A DNA stretch of 64,000 nt from the human T2T-CHM13v2.0 reference genome, Homo sapiens. The translations under genes and the position numbers were made by a program. Positions 57,525 through 64,000 of the stretch are shown here, piece after piece. Below the pieces are notes generated by a model, which had not been told where the DNA came from, made no database searches, and worked only from the letters and a program-made list of their open reading frames with translations. The number at the start of each line of letters is the position of its first letter. Within the stretch, counting starts at the first letter, position 1. Location of the stretch: NCBI RefSeq assembly GCF_009914755.1, contig NC_060931.1; one strand, given 5' to 3'.

Positions 57525-59331
57525 CACTGCATATTAAGAGGTGGACATTTTACTGCAGACATCTTTCAAAGGACATCTGGGTAAAATGAAGTTATGGAAA
57601 AAGTAGATTTATCTTTATTGCTATACTAAATCAGAATGCTTGATGTGTTCCAAATATAGTTATCTTCAATAGATCCATGGCAGTATCATTTCAGCTAGTC
57701 ATATTCTTGCAAGTTTTACATACTATATAACTTCTTCACTCTATAATATGAAACAGAGTTAGAGAATTGTCTAAATCTTGAAAGAATATTTAAAAATTAA
57801 TCAGCTTCCCACTTTTAATTGAAAATTATACTATATATATAACTTTTATCATTCCTGTGAGATTTTTACCTTTTCATGATTCCTACCAATTATTTCCACT
57901 ATAAATCTTTTCATGGATGAATATTACAGAATTTTATAGAAATTTAGAAATCTGTGTGAAGAAAAGGGATCAATGAAAAGATCTCTTTCCAATAAAATGA
58001 CTAATAACAGCTCTAGAGATATTTAATACAATTAATCCCTCTGAAAATTTTATGTGAAAATTTCCAAGTTTAACAGCATTCGTCTCATTAAGCAACCCAT
58101 ATTTCATTAGGTATATACAGCACTTGTGAGGCATTGTGAAATCTTACAACTCCAGTTCCCTCTGGTGGCAGAACATTCAAAATTAGACTGTCAGCAACTG
58201 AAGAGAGCTGCGGCAGGCTTGCTTGCGTTTATGGCCTCCAGATGAGAATTACAAACGGTTTTTACTTGCGGGCTGTGATGGCTTTGGAAATAGCTTCTCA
58301 TCTACATCCTTGGAGCAAATAACTGCTGCTGAGGATGGAGAAGAAACGAAGCTGATTTTATACTTTTGTTTTTGTTGTTGTTTTCTGCAGGAAAAAAGTT
58401 AGAGAGTTAATGAAGCTTAAGAACATATCTGCAGGTGATTTGGAAAATAATTTTCAAATTAATGTATCTACTACATCTTTTAAGCCAAGACATAACAAAA
58501 AGCAGAGAAAAGAACAAAAGAAGACAAGGGAATAGAAAAAAATCATAAGTAGGAGAACCCTTACTGTGCTCATTAGAAGAGTCTCTCAGGCATGAAAGAA
58601 ACGTTGGGCAAGGTGGCTTAAAGACCTGGCATTCAGAAAGATGATCTTATATAGATAAAAGTTTTATTTTAATGTATTTTTAAAACCAAGGGTATTTCAG
58701 GCAAATTGAGGCAGTTGAGTTTCCAGAAATCTAAGTACATTGTAGAGGTTTAACAGCTAGTTGAGCAGTAGAATGAGGATTCAACTACAAACTTCTGACT
58801 AGAAGTTAATTTTTTTATATATAACAAACACTTTACAAATGTAGATCTAAAGCTGGGAAGGACAAAAGGCAATTCTAGGTTACTGCACTCTAAGAGGCAT
58901 ATGCTTGAAAGAATGCCAGATGTGATCAAATGGCTGAACATGTTCTATTTTCTGTAACATGAAGCTTAAATATGCTACTGATTTTTGTAATCCTAGTGAA
59001 ATGCAGCCTCTTAAATATAATCATATGTGCTTTTGCTTTTGAATCTTGAAGCCAAGAAATCTGTAGGATTATGTTCCCTCAGGGTTCAGAAATTTTAAGA
59101 ATCCAAGAGGATAGGGCTTAACTTTAAACTCTTTCTAATACACAGATTTTAAAAGTCATTTGGAGGTGTAAATGTCACAGAGGACATATAAATGCATGAA
59201 ACATTGACATTTTTTAAAAAATGATAAGCCCTCAGATTTCAATTTCTCAAACAATAATAAAGCAGAAAGCATTCTTTGCGTGTCCAAGTGGTGACTATGA
59301 TTTATTTAAGTTTGCATAGCATTCATTGCTT

Positions 59332-59740
59332 TGTAACTACCTAACAACCATTACTCACTTCCACTCCTTTATCTTCATTACTAATGGAATCTAGATTTTG
59401 TTTACCATCCTCTGAGGGACCTTAATCTTCAGAGAGGATAGGCACCAGCACCAGTAATGACTGACCAAATCCGATCATGGTAGTCTAATTCCTTCTACTA
59501 GTAATTAGTTCAGGTGGAATATGTGATGCAATTATGGCCAATAAGACAAGAGAGGAAGTCTGCTAAGAGGCTCTGGGAAAATTTCTTTGTTCTTAAACAT
59601 ATACATAAAGAAAGGTTTTGACTTCTTAATGGAACTACCTAATTTTGCACTTCTTATTATCTATTAATACATATGCTTGCTGTTTAGATTATTTTAGTTG
59701 TTTCTTTGGCTACTTCCATGCAAAAGCATGCTACCTGATA
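59332..59740 (+). mobile_element. MLT1 (MLT1J-like) MaLR LTR
   Basis: ATGTGATGCAATTATGGCCAATAAGACAAGAGAGGAAGTCTGCT...AAAGCATGCTACCTGATA. Confidence 0.7.
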
Positions 59741-59742
59741 TA

Positions 59743-60089
59743 CATTCATGTGCTGCATAATCAATTTTCAGTCAACAATGGATCACACAGATCAGAAGGT
59801 GGTCCCATAAGGTTATAATACCATATTTTTACTGTATCTTTGTATCTTTATCTATATTAGATACACAAATACTTATTATTGTGTTATAATGGCCCATTGT
59901 ATTCAGTACAGTAACATGCTATATAGGTTTGTAGCCTAGGTGCAATAGGTTATATCACATAGCCTAAGTGTGTAGTAGGTTGTATGATCTGGGTTTGTGT
60001 AAGTGCACTTGATGATGTTCACAAAATAATGAAATCACCTAATGATGCATTTTTTCAGAACGAATCCTGTCCTTAAGCAACACATGCTG
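59743..60089 (+). mobile_element. Tigger3a (Golem) MITE
   Basis: CATTCATGTGCTGCATAA...GGTGGTCCCATAAGGTTATAATACC...TTAAGCAACACATGCTG. Confidence 0.9.
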
Positions 60090-60570
60090 TGATTTGTCTC
60101 TGAGCTTTTACATTTTATGATAGGGTCAGTCATAGGGTAAAAGTTAGGTTGAAGTAGGCCAGGATAGTCTTTATCAGTCTCCTCCATGATAGCTGGAATC
60201 TTCAGAGCCCAACTCATTCCCATAATAAATCCATAGGCCCTTACTGCACACTTACAAATGGACATCCATGTGTCAAAAGCCACAGGGCATATCCTCTACC
60301 CTCTTATGTAGCTCCTAATATGGGACTTCAATTGGTCTGGCATGGTCCTGGGCACCCCACCAGACCACATATCACATACTTTTAATAGTTACTGCATATG
60401 CTGGCCTCTTCCAATTTTTCATCCTCCTACTCATGACTTATTTTCTTAGAATTCTCTTTCTCTATTGAAAAATGGTGATAGATACAATGAGAGCATTAAA
60501 TCATAATGAAAATATTATTCCTTTCCAAATAGTTAAAATTATTCGATTTCAATAGGTTATCTTTGAGAAC

Positions 60571-60650
60571 TTAGCTCTGATTTAAGAAGATCAATAGTTT
60601 CAATTAATGTTAGTTCTGGTTTAAGAAGATCAATAGTTTCAGTTAATGTT
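60571..60650. repeat. 39-bp tandem duplication
   Basis: TTAG(C/T)TCTG(A/G)TTTAAGAAGATCAATAGTTTCA(A/G)TTAATG x2. Confidence 0.9.
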
Positions 60651-61809
60651 CAATTGGAACGTTACCAGAATCATTTGCATACATACAAACATATGTTTGC
60701 CCCCTTAGCATGGTCTATGTTTTTAAATTAAAAGTACAGTAAGTGTTCTGGAAGATAAAGGGTGCTATTTGTGCACAGCAGAGAAAATTACTTTAGTATC
60801 TGCACTTCGGTCCTTAATCCTCCTAGAGGATTCTTATATACATCTGTATGGGCTGAATTTTTATAAGTTTATATTCATATCACATATATTTAAAAATTAT
60901 AAATAATATAAGATCTAACTGTGAATTGGAATGAGAGAGAAAAGATGGAGAAGAAGTTATATCTGGCAAGAACCTCTACTATGCCCATAATAGAATGACT
61001 CTTAATAAGATGAATTCTATCCATGTGAGAAAATTACACTCCATCTAAAATATTTATATGCAGAATTACTTTCAGTTACAATTTTTACAAGGTGACCTAC
61101 TGTTAATTGCATTAAACAAATTAAAGTCCCAGTTTAAATATCCATTACTAAGATGATAGCACTTTTATTTTTTATAATAGCATAAACTAACACTGTCTGA
61201 TTTTAAATATGACAACCAAAGATTCTTTTTTAAAGCTTTTTCTGTCAAGTTTTCAAATCCGAGTTTTGTTCAAGAGAGAGCTCATACTGATTGTGCATGT
61301 CTGCTATTATGATATACATTCAATTTTTAAAGACTTTTTATCAAGACTCCATCCAGTGTGCCTGAGAAAAAGATATTCACCTCAGTGTCTGATGTTTGTC
61401 TCTGATTTAAAACAGCCTTCAAACACCTTGTCAGAATCTGCCAGTGTATTGCTTTAGGCAACAAGTTTCTAACAGTGCCCCACTGGAGTACAGGAGAAAG
61501 TGCTTTCTGTCAAATGCAGCACCTCCCTAACTCTTTTTTATTCTTTTAAATCTTTAGACAAATGGAACACTAAAATCTTGAGTCCATGGCTTAATGTGGA
61601 TATCATTACATTTTACTGATCACAAAGGATACACTCACAAACCAGTACTGCAGAAACAATGTTAGAGAAGAATGAACAACGATACTCTGAAAACTACTCT
61701 CTCCCAAAGAGAGGTTGTCTTTTGAGGTAGTTCTTTAAAGTATTCAACCTGGGGTTTTGTAACCACAGGAGTTATTCAGAGAGCCACAGAATGGGGCTAA
61801 GTTAATTAC

Positions 61810-62390
61810 TTAATGTATATGTTCAATAAATCCAGAAATATTTACTGACCACTTCCCATATGTCAGGCAGTAGACAGTTAAAAATGAGTAGGACAGTAAA
61901 TCTTCTGACTTCATGGGATCTACTGGGGAAGATGGTCAATTAAGCAGAAACTATAAGGCTGATCTGGAAGCATGTGTTGGAAACAACTACCTTTCCTGGA
62001 ATGAGGGGAAGAAGAGTAAGGAAAGGCTTCTAGAAGGAAATGACACTTAATCTAAGATCCCAGGAGAAGCCAAATAGAGGAAGTGTGTGAGGTTTCTTCA
62101 GATGTGGCTTGTGTTAGGGCATTAAATGGAAGAGGAAATGGAAGTAATAAATATAAGTAATAAATATAAAGTCTTTAGTGTATGCCTTGGGTTTTATGTT
62201 ATAAGCTCATCTGATCCTCACAACCAAACATCAATGAGTTGGATAGTATCCCCATTTAACAGAAGGGGAGACCTAGCTAGGTTCAGAGAGACTTGACAAA
62301 GTGCCCAGGTTCATTCATCTGGTAAGCAGCAAAGCCAGCAGTTTAACTCAGGTAAATCACACTCCATGGCACTTGCTCTCTCCACCAAAC
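61810..62390 (-). mobile_element. L2 3' fragment followed by a MIR
   Basis: AAATATTTACTGACCACTTCCCATATGTCAGGCA and GGAAAGGCTTCTAGAAGGAAATGACACTTAA (L2); ATCCTCACAAC...CCCCATTTAACAG...GGTTCAGAGAG (MIR). Confidence 0.7.
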
Positions 62391-62502
62391 AATTCTTGCT
62401 ATTCCAAGAAAGAAAGGGTGAATATGGGGGAAAAAATCAATCAATGATGCAAATTGACAGCATAACTTTTCATTATCTAGTGATATTCATGTAATAGGAA
62501 GA

Positions 62503-62580
62503 TGTTGGAGCTCAGAAACAGATAGCCCAAAATATGGTCTTTTGACATGCCAGACTAAAGAAGCAGCCTCAAAGTCTCTC
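62503..62580 (+). mobile_element. MER39/MER34-like LTR 5' fragment
   Basis: TGTTGGAGCTCAGAAAC...CCCAAAATATGG...TTTGACATG. Confidence 0.55.
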
Positions 62581-62776
62581 TAAGAATTAAACTGAACCTT
62601 TGTTGAGGGCTAAAAAACAACTTTTGGGTTACAGACTCTGTCCCTAGGAAATCAACTGTTTTTCAGTTTGGATGCAGATCAGTCCAGAAATCCCCATCCC
62701 AATTGTTCCCACCCCTCCATTAGCTTCTCAGCCCAATCCTTCAAAGCAAGCCCTGCAGGTCACTGATTCCTATCTT

Positions 62777-62899
62777 TAAAAAAATTGTATGAATTTATGG
62801 AGTGCAAGTGCTATTTTGTTATATGCATAGATTGCGTGGTGGTCAAGTCAGGGCTTTAGGGTATCCATCATCCAAATAACAGGTATTGGACTAATATTT
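62777..62899 (-). mobile_element. Short 5'-truncated L1PB-like 3' end
   Basis: GTGCAAGTGCTATTTTGTTATATGCATAGATTGC...GGGTATCCATCA; 11-bp TSD ATTCCTATCTT at 62766-62776 and 62900-62910. Confidence 0.75.
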
Positions 62900-63012
62900 A
62901 TTCCTATCTTGAGATTACCCAGGAAGGTTGACAATGGACTCCCTGAAACTGCCAATTCCTTAATCACGGCTGGCAGAAATAAATGGTGCAGGTGTTTCCT
63001 ATCTGTGTCCTT

Positions 63013-63182
63013 CAGTACCTTACTCCTCAGAGGGTGGTCCTTGAACTAGCAGCATCAGCATCACCTGGGAGTTTATTTAAAATATGCAATCTCAGACCTC
63101 ATCCCAGACCTACTGAATAATAATTCATATTTAACAAAATCCTCATGTAATTTGTAAGCACTCTCAAGTTTGGAAAGTTCTG
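63013..63182 (+). mobile_element. MER5A MITE
   Basis: AGCAGCATCAGCATCACCTGGGAG...CCCAGACCTACTGAAT...TTTAACAA. Confidence 0.8.
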
Positions 63183-63454
63183 GTTTGAACAGCAATGCAG
63201 CTTCATGATAATAAATATGTTTCCCTCTGCAGGGCTTCTATATCCCTATATTAATATTATTATATTCATATTCACTAAGATTCTCTAAGAGGGGCATATT
63301 GAAAACAGTGTTGTCCAAATATATTTCACCTTAGACGCCTCCCTCCCAACAGCCATGTATATTGTGCAGAATTGGGAGAGGGAGATTAAGAAAATTACAG
63401 GACTATTAACCTAAAGAATCAATTCTGGAAGTGCTGAAGCATTAGAGTAAGGGT

Positions 63455-63650
63455 TTTTGTGGCTGGATAGATTTGAATTTGAATATCAACTTTTTTCTGA
63501 GTAGCTGTGTGTACTTGGCCATGATACATAACCTGTCTGAGCCTCAAGCACTCAGTAGTAAATTGGAGAGGATAATACCTGCTTTGCAGGACCTTTGCTA
63601 GCATTAAGGTGCCTAGCACAAATAGGCAATCAGTAAGTAGTGGCTTCAGC
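63455..63650 (+). mobile_element. MIR
   Basis: TTTGAAT...TAGCTGTGTGTACTTGG...CTGAGCCTCA...GTAAAATTGG...GTGCCTAGCACA. Confidence 0.7.
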
Positions 63651-63799
63651 TTCAGTTACTTTTATCTAGGATAATGTAAAGTTAAAAATACACCAGATGA
63701 TTACTATGCAAATAACTAATAGATTAGCAGACATTTATGTATATGATTAATCTATTAGTCTTTATCACACTAATATTTTCTAATATTTAAACACAAATA

Positions 63800-64000
63800 G
63801 AAAATTGTACAATGCAATTTTAATCTTTTTCTGATTCTAGAAATTATATAAAATGTAGAACATTTTGAAAATTTCAAAAAACCACAAAAATAAAAACAAA
63901 AATCATCTTTAATTCCACTACTCAGAGATAAGAACTATGAACATTTTAGGGTCTATCTCACCTATATTTATCAACGCATATATATGTGTGTGTTTATATA
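63800..64000 (-). mobile_element. Old L1ME4-like 3' end, running off the window
   Basis: TTTTCTGATT...AAAATCATCTTTAATTCCACTACTCAGAGATAA...AACATTTT. Confidence 0.55.

Overview
Great-ape (probably human) non-coding genomic DNA. It is AT-rich, and roughly half of it is recognisable transposable-element sequence. I found no host protein-coding exon, RNA gene or CRISPR-like array, and no evidence for a novel biological system. Main elements: (1) a full-length minus-strand L1PA2-type LINE-1 (5716-11757) with a 14-bp TSD; ORF1 and ORF2 are disabled, but the antisense ORF0 and a 549-codon endonuclease-containing ORF2 stub are intact; (2) a full-length ancient plus-strand L1MA2/3-type LINE (20128-28713) carrying three Alus; (3) a full-length Tigger1 DNA transposon (50580-53425) with an Alu and a displaced internal duplication; (4) about 14 Alu-family SINEs, including a tailless AluY, a FAM and a chimeric monomer; (5) several solo ERV1/MaLR LTRs, MITEs (MER5, MER33, MER53, Tigger3a, Tigger4b) and old MIR/L2/L3/L1M fragments. 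Unique stretches contain some regulatory-looking motifs (CNC-sMAF/ARE, CTCF-like, HOX/POU). Subfamily names come from recalled consensus sequences and need RepeatMasker/Dfam confirmation.
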